Source of the DNA: an uncultured cyanobacterium
GTDB taxonomy: Bacteria > Cyanobacteriota > Cyanobacteriia > Cyanobacteriales > CAWUOF01
NCBI GenBank assembly: GCA_963744145.1
Contig: CAVUSO010000001.1
Location: forward strand, 6,624,001 to 6,688,000
Reading direction: 5' to 3'
DNA: 64,000 nucleotides
Position 1 is the first letter of the stretch, and every line of letters starts with the position of its first letter. Positions 42,101-51,579 of this stretch are shown piece after piece. Under the pieces are notes generated by a model, which saw only the letters and a program-made list of their open reading frames with translations, was not told the origin of the DNA and made no database searches. The position numbers were made by a program, and so were the translations under genes.

Positions 42101-42535
42101 AATTTTGAGTTCTTTAAGTAGCAATCCTGCCATAATAGTTTTGCCAGCACCTGGATCATCAGCTAAAAGAAAACGAATTCGAGCTAATTTGAGAAAGTAG
42201 TCATAGACTGCTTCTAACTGGTGGGGTAGAGGATCAACTCGCGCGATCGCCAAAGAAAAATAGGGATCATATTCATGAGCGAGTCCCCAGCGCAAAGCTT
42301 CTACACCAATGCGGAATTTATGGGGATCACCGTCAAAGGGTTCTTGATCCGGACTGGAGCTTAATTGTACTAATTGCTCAATATTGAGAATAGTTTCATA
42401 AACTTGATTGGTGTTGAGTCCCTTACCAATGAGTTTAATCGCGTCTCCCATTGGTAAAGTCACGATTACTTGTATTGGTTCAGGGAAGAGAGAGCCACTA
42501 ATAATTAGATTGGGTTTGAGTTGGTCTAACTGCAT
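39116..42535 (-). CDS. SNF2-family helicase with C-terminal DUF3883 (PD-(D/E)XK-like) domain
   Basis: LADDPGAGKT, DEAH, TATPH, QRMGRIHRYGQ; tail GFDLISR...FIEVKGR. Confidence 0.92.
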   Translation of the reverse strand: MQLDQLKPNLIISGSLFPEPIQVIVTLPMGDAIKLIGKGLNTNQVYETILNIEQLVQLSSSPDQEPFDGDPHKFRIGVEALRWGLAHEYDPYFSLAIARVDPLPHQLEAVYDYFLKLARIRFLLADDPGAGKTIMAGLLLKELKIRGLVKRVLIVAPANLTFQWQRELKEKFREDFEIVRGDVLRANYGTNPWQEKNQVITSVSWVSRISDAKESLLRSEWDLVIVDEAHKMSAYSADKKTLAYQLGERLSEMTDHYLLMTATPHKGDPANFCLFLELLDRDIYGDIKSLEEAMRRHVAPFYLRRTKEALVTFPDPETGQVKKLFTTRKVETIDFQIDDEELDFYDDLTHYVEDQSIKAAEDDSARGRALGFTMAMLQRRFASSVYAVRRSLERMQEKRQRIVDDPQVYRQEQINKKLPDDFEELTEEEQQKIIGNLESVVASINPNDLRDELIQLTKLIAEAQQLECREIESKLVKLKEVITQEGIFKDPKMKLLIFTEHKDTLDYLVGKLRNWGLSVTQIHGGMKIGDRDTPNTRIYAEREFREDCQILVATEAAGEGINLQFCWLMINYDIPWNPVRLEQRMGRIHRYGQEKDCLIFNFVSTNTREGRVLWKLFERLQAIETDLDPENTGKIFNVLGDIFPANQLERMIRDMYARNLTEDVIKNRIIEQVDVQSFRRITNSALEGLAKRELNLSAIVGKSAEAKEKRLVPEAIEDFFTQSAPITGIHPKETSKGDRIYRIGKLPRTLWSVGDRLESRYGKLGREYKRIAFNRELLKDDPTLEWVTPGHPLFECVREQVLELVRDDLQRGAVFYDLYRQYSARLDVFSAAIADGSGRTLHKRLFVVQTDMDRTITVRQPTIFLDLVLAPQGKELPDDSVLPGRSQVEQVLIEQALQPFLIETKAQREKEIETIKHHLEISLNAIIDRVQCQFAELMTQKESGSKESGLDGRIKQIEDRLFELNGRLETRHEELQKERSCTIADIQHHGRAWVLPHPERTSPEIVSIVSNDEIERIAIETVIVYEMSRGWVVESVESENRGFDLISRKFHPEDPNTAISVRFIEVKGRSEVGQVALTTNEYKTAERLKKDYWLYVVFNCASNPELHPIQDPVELGWEALVKIEHYHINAEKILGVNQI

Positions 42536-42689
42536 AATTCTTACATTTTAATTGTCTAACCGAGTTGTTTGTAGGTGGTGTTTCAATCGCGATCGCCGAT
42601 TTTAATCTCTATGCTAATTTACGGTAATGTGAATTGGACGGACTAGAAAAAAGTGATCAGAACAGCATTTGACTGAGGTTAAAGTCGCT

Positions 42690-42905
42690 TGTGAGTGATC
42701 TGTGTTGGTTGGGCAGGTTTATGAGTGGGACAGGCATCTTGCCTGTCCGTGATCTATTTGGAGCAGAATTGATTGGTGAACCTGCCCCTACAAATCCTGG
42801 TTGATTGTGATCATAAATTCATTCACCTGCCCCTACAAATCCTGTTAATCTTGTCATCCTCTAATCCTGATCGATTTTTTGGTGAATCCCTGTAGGGGCG
42901 GATTC
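42690..42905. repeat. Cluster of REP-like half sites upstream of the defence operon
   Basis: GGTGAACCTGCCCCTAC, CACCTGCCCCTAC, GTAGGGGCGGATTC and GTGGGACAGGCATCTTGCCTGTCC. Confidence 0.7.
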
Positions 42906-43191
42906 TAAAAGGAAAAAATCGGGTTGAACAGATTCTCAATTTCTTAAGAGGATTACCATGAAAGAATTACCTGATGAGAAAACATTACTTGAAATGCTTG
43001 AAGTCTTTAAAGACGCTGAAATCAAAGCCAGAGAAATGAGTGAACTGGCGACTGCGATCGCGTTGAAGTATCAAAAAAAAACTGCGCGAAACCAGACATA
43101 GACAACAACAGGTTAGCGGAGTTGAGTAGCTCAAATATGTCCCTTAATAGGTACTAACTACCCTTCCAGTACCTATTTAATTGTACAGTAC

Positions 43192-44238
43192 CTATTTTTT
43201 CCGCCAACGTGCATCACGTCCTTTACCTGTACATTCGAGCCGTCCTAAAGCACGTTCTTGCTGTAATATCTGGCGAATTAGGTCAATGCCCACAGTGGGG
43301 CAGCGTTCCTTTAAATTACGAATAGAGAAATCGAAAGGCATATTAATAATAGCATTAAGCACCATAGCTGTTTTAGCACCCTTGACTTTGGTTACTAGAC
43401 CCACTCGTTGCTCAAAGTCCCGGTACGCTGTTAGCACCATGACTCCTAAAAAATACTCCCACCAAGGTAACAAGCTATGCTGTCCTTGGTGCCAGTTCTG
43501 TGACGACTGGTAAAGTGTATCGTAATAACTTTCCTTAGTCCGCTCGATAATCTGCTCCAAACTAATAAACCTTCCCACCTCATAACCAGCTTTGTATAGT
43601 AATAGTAGTGTCAGTAAACGAGCCATACGTCCATTACCATCTCTAAAAGGATGAATACATAAAAAATCCAGAATATAGGTGGGAATTAGTAGCAATGGCT
43701 CACTTTGATCAGACTGCAAAAGCTGATTAAAATGTTCGTGTAAGCGTTCCATTGCAGTTGGTGTGAGATAAGCAGGAAGTGCTTTAAACCTCACTATTTT
43801 TGTGCCATCTGAACGAGTTTCACTAATTTCGTTGTCTACTGACTTCCATTGTCCACCTTCTGCGACAGCAAACTGATAAAGGTCACGATGTAGGTGTAAA
43901 ACGACTCCAGGTGTGAAAGGGATATGAGCATAACTAGTATGGATAGTTGTCAGCACATCTCGATAACCAGCAATTTCTTGTTCGGAACGATCTTGAGGAG
44001 TAGTTTTGTCAGCTATTAGTTTCTTAATTCGTTCTATTGGTGCGGTGATACCCTCGATCCGGTTAGAAGACTCGCTACTCTGAATAATTGCAGTTTGACG
44101 TAGGTTTTCTAATACTTGGGGTGATTGTTCTTGGCATAATTCTTGTTTACCTTTATACTCACCAATCAGTCGGATAATGCGGATTAGATTAACAGTAGGA
44201 TGCTGACGTTCAATCAAACCATTTTCAAAAGATTTCAT
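43192..44238 (-). CDS. Fic-domain protein
   Basis: HPFRDGNGRMAR motif and N-terminal SNRIEG inhibitory motif. Confidence 0.92.
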   Translation of the reverse strand: MKSFENGLIERQHPTVNLIRIIRLIGEYKGKQELCQEQSPQVLENLRQTAIIQSSESSNRIEGITAPIERIKKLIADKTTPQDRSEQEIAGYRDVLTTIHTSYAHIPFTPGVVLHLHRDLYQFAVAEGGQWKSVDNEISETRSDGTKIVRFKALPAYLTPTAMERLHEHFNQLLQSDQSEPLLLIPTYILDFLCIHPFRDGNGRMARLLTLLLLYKAGYEVGRFISLEQIIERTKESYYDTLYQSSQNWHQGQHSLLPWWEYFLGVMVLTAYRDFEQRVGLVTKVKGAKTAMVLNAIINMPFDFSIRNLKERCPTVGIDLIRQILQQERALGRLECTGKGRDARWRKK

Positions 44239-44241
44239 AGC

Positions 44242-45102
44242 TTAATATTCCCGAAGCTTGGCGATAAAATTCTTTAAACCGTTCCATCTTCCCAATGCTA
44301 CTTCCCGATCGCGCGGTAAAAGCCAAATTACTAATCCCAGCATATAACCCAAATTTAACCACAATGCTAAAATAGTTCCATGTTGTTTTAAAAACCATAA
44401 CTTACTATAGGTAGCATAAGTAAACTTAGCCAATTGATTTTTTCCAGTAATCGCTGAAACTTCATGAGTTACCAAAACTTTCTGAGTCACTCCGATCGGG
44501 TAACCCTGTTGATAATATCTTTCACATAAATCAGCATCTTCATAGTAAAGAAAATAGCGATCGTCAAACCTTGGACAATGGTCAAACCTAGCCAAATTTA
44601 AAATCAGACTACACCCAGAAACCCAACGACAGTTGATGATTTTGATTTCCTCATTTTCCGGTTGTTGATCTAGGCTTTTTAAAGAACCAATCCAAGGATT
44701 AAATCTACCCTTACTAAACCATATTTCACCATTAGTATCTCTAATCCGAGTTCCTAGAATTGCCAGGGATGGTACTTGCTGAAAACATTGTGTAATATAT
44801 AAAATAGCTTCTTTATCAATAGTAGTATCGGGATTAATTAGCCAGATTAATGCTTGACGATCGCGTTTATAAACATAATCAATCCCTAAATTACAACCAC
44901 CCCCAAATCCTAAATTTTTTTCGGCATTAATTACAATGATTTGCGGATATTCAGCTAATAAATTATCAAGGGGAGCATCAGGAGAATTATTAACTACTAA
45001 AATTTTACATTCTTGACTATCCTGTGCCAACTCAATAGAAATAAGCAAATTTTTAATTAAATCACTAGCATAATAGTTAACAATAACAAAATAAATCATC
45101 AT
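44242..45102 (-). CDS. GT2 glycosyltransferase (rhamnosyltransferase-like)
   Basis: NLGFGGGCNLG, LINPD, FLYYEDADLC. Confidence 0.88.
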   Translation of the reverse strand: MMIYFVIVNYYASDLIKNLLISIELAQDSQECKILVVNNSPDAPLDNLLAEYPQIIVINAEKNLGFGGGCNLGIDYVYKRDRQALIWLINPDTTIDKEAILYITQCFQQVPSLAILGTRIRDTNGEIWFSKGRFNPWIGSLKSLDQQPENEEIKIINCRWVSGCSLILNLARFDHCPRFDDRYFLYYEDADLCERYYQQGYPIGVTQKVLVTHEVSAITGKNQLAKFTYATYSKLWFLKQHGTILALWLNLGYMLGLVIWLLPRDREVALGRWNGLKNFIAKLREY

Positions 45103-45420
45103 CGATGCTTTTATTCCCACCCAACATCATGCCATTTATTCTAACCTGATTTTGGCTTAGTCATCTGTTGAATTCCGATCTGGGTTTCGCGTTGAACGCT
45201 CGACTGAACGATCGCTTAACCTCCACAGGGGACAGTTGACGATGGTGGTGTGGAGTCCATCTCCCATTATTTCTACCACAAGGTTGCAAAATTTGGCAGA
45301 AATTATCGACTGAGCATTCATAAATTTGCTAGCAATTAAGTAAACAGCTATACCTTATTATATCACAAAAATGTTCTATTATATAGCTAGAGACGATGTA
45401 TTTTATTTAGAAAAGTTAAT

Positions 45421-46854
45421 ATGGATGAAGAAAAAATGTCAAATATAAATGAATTAGACAACCAAGATTGGTGTAATCGCAGTTTAAATAATATTCCCCT
45501 CAATGAAGCGACTCTGTACGAATATGCTGTAGCGATCGCCGAGAGCCAATATAAAGATGAACAGACTTATCCCTCAATGAAGGTTTTATCAGATATCAAA
45601 TTTGCTTTGGATGCAACTGCGATTGTCGCGATCACCGATTGTCAAGGATTGATCACGTATGCTAATGATAAATTTTGTCAGATATCTAAATATTCTCTGT
45701 CAGAAATTATCGGAAAAGACCACAAGATCATTAATTCTGGATACCATCCTAAATCCTTTTTTCAAGAAATGTGGTCAACCATTCAATCCGGAAAAGTTTG
45801 GAAAGGAGAAGTCAAAAATAAAGCTAAAGATGGAAGTTATTATTGGGTAGATACTACCATTGTCCCATTATTAAATGAAAGCGGGCGACCAATCGAGTAT
45901 TTAGCGATTCGATTGGATATTACTGAACGTAAACAAACTGAGGAAGCATTACAGCGATCGCAGGATGAATTGCGAGAAAAAACTCAACATTTAGAACAAG
46001 TAATATCTGAACTAAAAACAACTCAAGCTCAACTCGTTCAAACTGAAAAAATGTCTTCTTTAGGACAATTAATCGCGGGGATTGCCCACGAAATTAATAA
46101 TCCAATTAATTTTATTCACGGCAATCTCATTCATACTAGAGAATATACAGACAAAATTCTATACTTACTCCAAATTTATCAGAAGTGTTATCCGATATCT
46201 TTGCCAGAAATCCAAAAAGAAATTGAAGCAACTGAATTAAGTTTTATTAAAGAAGATTTGCCAAAAGTATTAGAATCAATGCAGTTGGGAGCAAATCGGA
46301 TTCGTCAGATTGTTTTATCGCTGCGGAATTTTTCTCGTTTAGATGAAGCTCAGATGAAATCGGTTAATATTCACGAAGGTATTGATAGTACACTACTGAT
46401 TTTGCAAAGTAGATTGAAAGGAAGAGGATCAGCTCCAGAAATTGCGATCGTCAAAGAATATGGTAATTTGCCTTTAATCGAATGTTATGCTGGACAGCTT
46501 AACCAGGTATTTATGAATATTATTAGTAATGGGATTGATGAACTAAAAACAGCGCATAAAAATGGCAAAATCACCAACCCTACGATCCAGATTCGCACTA
46601 AAGTCTCTGGGAAAGATCGCGTTACGATTGCGATCGCAGATAACGGATTAGGAATGACAGAAGATATCTGTAACAAAATCTTTGATCCTTTTTTTACTAC
46701 TAAACCAGTGGGAGTAGGTACGGGACTTGGTTTATCAATTAGCTATCAAATCGTAGTCGAAAAGCATCGTGGTCAATTAACTTGTATTTCTGCTCCCAAT
46801 GTCGGTACAGAATTTTTCATAGAGATTCCAATTCAGCAGTTAGGAATTCAATAA
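45421..46854 (+). CDS. PAS-domain sensor histidine kinase
   Basis: NKAKDGSYYWVDTTIVP (PAS/PAC), IAHEINNP, GTGLGLSI. Confidence 0.93.
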   Translation: MDEEKMSNINELDNQDWCNRSLNNIPLNEATLYEYAVAIAESQYKDEQTYPSMKVLSDIKFALDATAIVAITDCQGLITYANDKFCQISKYSLSEIIGKDHKIINSGYHPKSFFQEMWSTIQSGKVWKGEVKNKAKDGSYYWVDTTIVPLLNESGRPIEYLAIRLDITERKQTEEALQRSQDELREKTQHLEQVISELKTTQAQLVQTEKMSSLGQLIAGIAHEINNPINFIHGNLIHTREYTDKILYLLQIYQKCYPISLPEIQKEIEATELSFIKEDLPKVLESMQLGANRIRQIVLSLRNFSRLDEAQMKSVNIHEGIDSTLLILQSRLKGRGSAPEIAIVKEYGNLPLIECYAGQLNQVFMNIISNGIDELKTAHKNGKITNPTIQIRTKVSGKDRVTIAIADNGLGMTEDICNKIFDPFFTTKPVGVGTGLGLSISYQIVVEKHRGQLTCISAPNVGTEFFIEIPIQQLGIQ

Positions 46855-47007
46855 ATCTGCGACCCCATCCAATCAGCAGGACTGTTTCAGGTTAGCAGAA
46901 CACCTCTCCCCCAACCCCTCTCCTAACAGGAAAGGGGAGCAAGAATGATTCTGATTCCTCCCATCAATTTAATCATCTTAATTACTCCCCCTTCCCTCCT
47001 AGGGAAG

Positions 47008-48125
47008 CTACGGTGTACACACAAGTTGAGGTAGAGTAAGGGGGTTCGGGAAGTAAGGAGAAAAAACAGTGGAAAATCCAATTTGAATTCATGCACAAGA
47101 GTGCCCGGGAACAGCATTCAGAGATCCAAGACTGGTAAAAAGGGGAGCGAGGTTGTATGCAGCGATGGCACAACATCAATCAGTAAATATTCGGAAAATC
47201 AGTAAAAATCGAGCCCAGCAAGTTGGAGATTACCGATTTTTAGGGAATGAGAATGTGAAAATTGGAGAATTAGTCGTAAGTTTAGGAGAGCATTGCGCCT
47301 TACAAGTGGATGGAAAACACCAGGTCTTAGCGATAGCATGATCGTAGTGAAATTAACTTACAGTCTCACCAAGGGAGATGAAAATCCGAGGGAATTGGAG
47401 TAGTAGGAAACAATCAAGATGTCGGATTTTATCTTCACCCTACACTGGTGTTAGATGCAGAAAATGGCTGCCCACTAGGATTAAGCACAGTGCAATTGTG
47501 GAAGAGAGAACCTGACCATAAAGATCAGAAGGAAAGATCAGATCAGAACTTACCGATTGAAGAACAAGAATCCTATAAATGGCTCAAATCAGCCGAGAAA
47601 ACAGACATTTGTTTCAGTCGGTCTGATGTGAAAATAGTGACTCATATCGGCGCTCGGGAAAGCGATATATTTGCAGAATTTGTCCGCGTACCTAATCAAC
47701 AGAATCATCGATTAATCAGAGTCGCACAAAACTGTCAGCTACTGGATCAGCCCGAGTCTCTGTATACCTATTTAAGTCAGCAACCTTGTCAAGGAACTTA
47801 TCCCGTTGAAGTCCAGGCTGATTCACGGGTTGAACGAACAGCAAGAGAAGCATTACTGTGCAGGGGCGTATTGCAATACGCCCGTACTTGCCCTGGTTCA
47901 AATTCAACGTCCCAAGCATTGATCTGCCGCCGATGATCCGGAAAGTGTCAGTAGGGGCCTATTGCCATACGCCCCTACGGATTATTGCTCGACTGGGTGG
48001 TTGGTCTGGCGCTCGGTCTCAAAAACCGCCAGGAATTACTACCTTAGTGCGCGGACGCGAGCCAATTTCAATCCTCTTTTTCTGGCGGTCAACTCGCCCT
48101 AGGTATGGTTGTGTGTACACTGTAG
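47008..48125 (+). mobile_element. IS4-family element, degenerate and internally deleted
   Basis: TIR CTACGGTGTACACACAA / TTGTGTGTACACTGTAG; transposase fragments YRFLGNENV, ESYKWL, ESDIF, IARLGGW. Confidence 0.85.
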
Positions 48126-48148
48126 GTCTTTAGACCGGGAAGTGTCAA

Positions 48149-48745
48149 CTACAAAATATGGTCAAGACTAATTACTAAATCTGGAAACGCAAGGGGTGAG
48201 ATGCTTTCGCCGCGTCTGAATTGTTGGATACTTTCATAGCCGTTCGGACCAGGGTTGCGATATACCTCTAGTACGGGCGTATTGCAATACGCCCCTTCGA
48301 TATCTACGATCCAAAGTTCAATAATCCCAGCTTGACTGTAGTGGACTGATTTTTCATTACGGTCATATTCCACCGTGGTAACCGATACTTCGATTAATAG
48401 ATATACGTCTTGAGGTTGTGGAAGTTGATACCTGTAATCATCTTCCCTCCGTTTCAAAATTGATAGATCGGGTTCTGGTACTAATCCGACCTTTAGTCTG
48501 ACTGGGATTTGTGCTACGACTGAAGCTCGATCATCAAAAAGTTTTGGGAAAATCCTACTCAATCGGATCAAACAGCTTATATGCCCACTACCCATCGGTG
48601 CCATAAGAATAATATCCCCATCAATTAGTTCTGTTCGTTCATCCGGTCCAATTATCCCAACTTCACCCAGCTTGTAATATTCCTCTACCGTGAATTTCTT
48701 TCTTGTTGGTCCTGTTGCTGTAGTTGCTGTTGCTACTGCGGTCAT
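48149..48745 (-). CDS. Uma2-family endonuclease with an in-frame hairpin insertion
   Basis: ELIDGDI, PEPDL, LLIEVS, AGIIELWIVD; GAYCNTP derives from the repeat. Confidence 0.88.
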   Translation of the reverse strand: MTAVATATTATGPTRKKFTVEEYYKLGEVGIIGPDERTELIDGDIILMAPMGSGHISCLIRLSRIFPKLFDDRASVVAQIPVRLKVGLVPEPDLSILKRREDDYRYQLPQPQDVYLLIEVSVTTVEYDRNEKSVHYSQAGIIELWIVDIEGAYCNTPVLEVYRNPGPNGYESIQQFRRGESISPLAFPDLVISLDHIL

Positions 48746-48750
48746 AATTC

Positions 48751-48942
48751 TCACCATCCTATTACAGCTATAGCTTTTGACTTCAATTCTTGATTTACTT
48801 CGAGGTATCGCTGAAGTGTTCTCAGGTCGCTGTGCCCTGAAATATCTTGAATAATTCTTAATGGTATCCCAGCGTTAGCAAGTTGAGTTAGTGCTGTCCG
48901 TCGGAAACTATGAGTGCTTGCCCCATCAATGTTTACCCGAAG
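48751..48942 (-). pseudogene. Tyrosine recombinase C-terminal fragment
   Basis: STHSFRRT...ISGHSDLRTLQRYL (H-x-x-R, H, Y). Confidence 0.85.
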
Positions 48943-49001
48943 CCTAGGGAAGGGGGTTGGGGGGTTAGGTCTGATCATTAAACACATCCCATCTACAACG
49001 A

Positions 49002-50075
49002 TCAAACCAATTCAATTTGACAATCATCCCCAATTAAAAATCGCAAAGCTTTCGGACGACGGGGTGCTACAGTTAAACAAGCTCTCTGACCAATTACACT
49101 ATCAACTATCCGCTGATGAATTCCCGAAATTTTTGCACCCTCTAGAATTACACTATGTTCGATATCAGCCTCAATTAAAGTAGCATGATTAGAAATACTA
49201 CTATAAGGACCAATAAAACAATTCTCTAAATAGCAATTATCTCCAATGATTACCGGACCACGAATCGAAGAGTTAATTACCCGAGTATTCTGACCGATTT
49301 GCACTCTTCCAATCACTTTACTTTCATTATCTATATCTCCTGCGATCGCAGGTGTGAGACGAGTATCTAAAATAATTCGATTTGCTTCGAGTAAATCATC
49401 TTTTTTCCCCGTATCTAACCACCACCCTTCTAAAGTACAAGCTTCTACAGGTTTTTCTAAATCAATTAAACGTTGAATTGCATCAGTAATTTCTAGTTCA
49501 CCGCGAGCTGATGGGGAAATTAGGGAAATTGCTTGATGGATCGCTGATGAAAAAAAGTAAATTCCCACTAATGCTAAATTAGAAGGAGGATTTTTGGGTT
49601 TTTCAATTAAATGTAAAACTTTACCATTAGCATCAACTTCAGCTACTCCAAATGCACTTGGGTTAGAAACCTTTCGCAACATAATTAAAGCAGCCCGATT
49701 TTGGTCTTTAAACTGAGTTAAAAATGGCTGTAAATCATTTTCAATAATATTATCTCCCAAATACATGATAAAAGGACTATCTCCCAAAAAAGGTTGGGCT
49801 ACTTTGACTGCATGAGCTAATCCGGCTGGTTGATCTTGTAAGATATAAGTGATATTAGCGCCAAACCGATCGCCATTCCCGGTTTTACTTTTTACTTCTT
49901 CACCAGTTTCCGGACTAATAATAATCCCAATATCCGTAATCCCTGCTTTGACTATTCCTTCAATGCCATACCACAAAATCGGTTTATTAGCAACAGGGAC
50001 TAATTGTTTAGCTCCAGTATAGGTCAGAGGTCGTAATCTTGTTCCTTTACCACCAGAAAGAATTAAGGCTTTCAT
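49002..50075 (-). CDS. rfbA: Glucose-1-phosphate thymidylyltransferase (long form)
   Basis: LSGGKGTRLRPLT, KQLVPVANKP, SARGELEITD. Confidence 0.93.
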   Translation of the reverse strand: MKALILSGGKGTRLRPLTYTGAKQLVPVANKPILWYGIEGIVKAGITDIGIIISPETGEEVKSKTGNGDRFGANITYILQDQPAGLAHAVKVAQPFLGDSPFIMYLGDNIIENDLQPFLTQFKDQNRAALIMLRKVSNPSAFGVAEVDANGKVLHLIEKPKNPPSNLALVGIYFFSSAIHQAISLISPSARGELEITDAIQRLIDLEKPVEACTLEGWWLDTGKKDDLLEANRIILDTRLTPAIAGDIDNESKVIGRVQIGQNTRVINSSIRGPVIIGDNCYLENCFIGPYSSISNHATLIEADIEHSVILEGAKISGIHQRIVDSVIGQRACLTVAPRRPKALRFLIGDDCQIELV

Positions 50076-50109
50076 ATTGATTAAAAAGAATGATAATGTT
50101 TGATGTCAA

Positions 50110-50985
50110 CTAGGAACTCAACTGATGATTTAACATCTGTCGAAGTCCTTGTCTCCAATGGGGAGAATAGGTGCCTAATAGTTGTCTGATTTTGCTACAA
50201 TCAAGTACAGAATATCCTGGACGTTTAGCTGGGGTAGGATATTCAGGTGTTGTAATGGGAATCACTCGTTTGAGTTTTAAGGGAAATTGATACTGTTGAG
50301 CTTCTTCAAAAATCGCGATCGCGAAATCATACCAACTCGCTACTCCACTATTGGTAAAATGATAAATACCAGCAATTTCCGGTTTGAGTCTGGGGATAAG
50401 TTGCGCGATCGCTTGAGCTAAGTCTCCCGTCCAAGTCGGACTACCAATTTGGTCTGCTACTACTCTAATTTCTTCCCGTTCTGCACCAAGTCTGAGCATA
50501 GTTTTCACAAAATTACTTTTCCCCCCATTACCATATACCCAAGCTGTTCTCAGAATAATATGATTAGAACAATTAGCCAGAATAACTTCTTCCCCAGCTA
50601 ATTTAGAGTGACCATAAACATTTAAGGGATGAGTCGGAGCAGTTTCTGGGTAAGGATAACTTTGACTACCGTCAAACACATAGTCAGTCGAAATATGAAT
50701 TAACCAAGCATTGCGATCGCGACAGATTTGGGCTAATTTACCCACAGTTTTACTATTGATCTCAAATGCTAACTCTGGTTCACTTTCCGCTTTATCTACA
50801 GCCGTATATGCTACAGCATTAATGACAATATCAGGTTTAGTGTTTTCCATCACCTGAACTACTGTTTCGACTGAGGTAAAATCGACAGTTTCCCGTCCCA
50901 CCCCCATCACTTCACCTACCCCAGTTAGAGTAGGTTGTAGTTCTGAACCTAATTGACCATTGACTCCAATAATTAAAATTCGCAT
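50110..50985 (-). CDS. rfbD: dTDP-4-dehydrorhamnose reductase
   Basis: GVNGQLG, AYTAVDKAE, STDYVFDG, YGHSK. Confidence 0.95.
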   Translation of the reverse strand: MRILIIGVNGQLGSELQPTLTGVGEVMGVGRETVDFTSVETVVQVMENTKPDIVINAVAYTAVDKAESEPELAFEINSKTVGKLAQICRDRNAWLIHISTDYVFDGSQSYPYPETAPTHPLNVYGHSKLAGEEVILANCSNHIILRTAWVYGNGGKSNFVKTMLRLGAEREEIRVVADQIGSPTWTGDLAQAIAQLIPRLKPEIAGIYHFTNSGVASWYDFAIAIFEEAQQYQFPLKLKRVIPITTPEYPTPAKRPGYSVLDCSKIRQLLGTYSPHWRQGLRQMLNHQLSS

Positions 50986-50987
50986 TA

Positions 50988-51536
50988 TTACTGAAAAATA
51001 TCTGCGGTTGGCAAAGTTTGACCTTCTCGGTCTTTAGCTGATAAAATCGGATCTGCACCATTAATCGGCCAATTAATGGCAAGATCAGGATCGTTCCAGA
51101 TAATACAACGCTCATGTTGTTTCGCATAGTAGTCTGTAGTTTTATAAAGAACCTCAGCTACATCGGAAACAACCAAAAAACCGTGAGCAAATCCTGGGGG
51201 TATCCATAACTGACGTTTATTTTCCGCACTGAGTAGAAAGGAAACCCATTGACCAAAAGTGGGTGAATTTTTTCTAATATCAATTGCGACATCAAAAATT
51301 TCCCCAGCGATCGCCCGAACTAATTTTCCTTGAGCTTGTTCAATTTGATAATGTAACCCACGTAAAACATTCCGGATGGAACGAGAATGGTTATCTTGGA
51401 CAAAGTTAACCACTAAACCAGTTTTTTCACTAAAATTTCGCCCATTGAAACTTTCATAAAAAAAGCCCCGGTCATCATTAAACACCTGTGGTTCAATCAG
51501 CAAAACATCCGGGATATCTGTCGGCAAAATTTTCAT
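50988..51536 (-). CDS. rfbC: dTDP-4-dehydrorhamnose 3,5-epimerase
   Basis: DDRGFFYE, LRGLHYQ, PPGFAHGF. Confidence 0.95.
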   Translation of the reverse strand: MKILPTDIPDVLLIEPQVFNDDRGFFYESFNGRNFSEKTGLVVNFVQDNHSRSIRNVLRGLHYQIEQAQGKLVRAIAGEIFDVAIDIRKNSPTFGQWVSFLLSAENKRQLWIPPGFAHGFLVVSDVAEVLYKTTDYYAKQHERCIIWNDPDLAINWPINGADPILSAKDREGQTLPTADIFQ

Positions 51537-51579
51537 AAAGTCCGGGTTAATCACTCAACAACACCAAATTCTGACTAAA

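Noticed and set aside
42958..43101. 47-aa ORF MKELPDEKTLLEML... with a plausible RBS
   Set aside because: Too short and possibly frameshifted at an A-run; no function can be supported.
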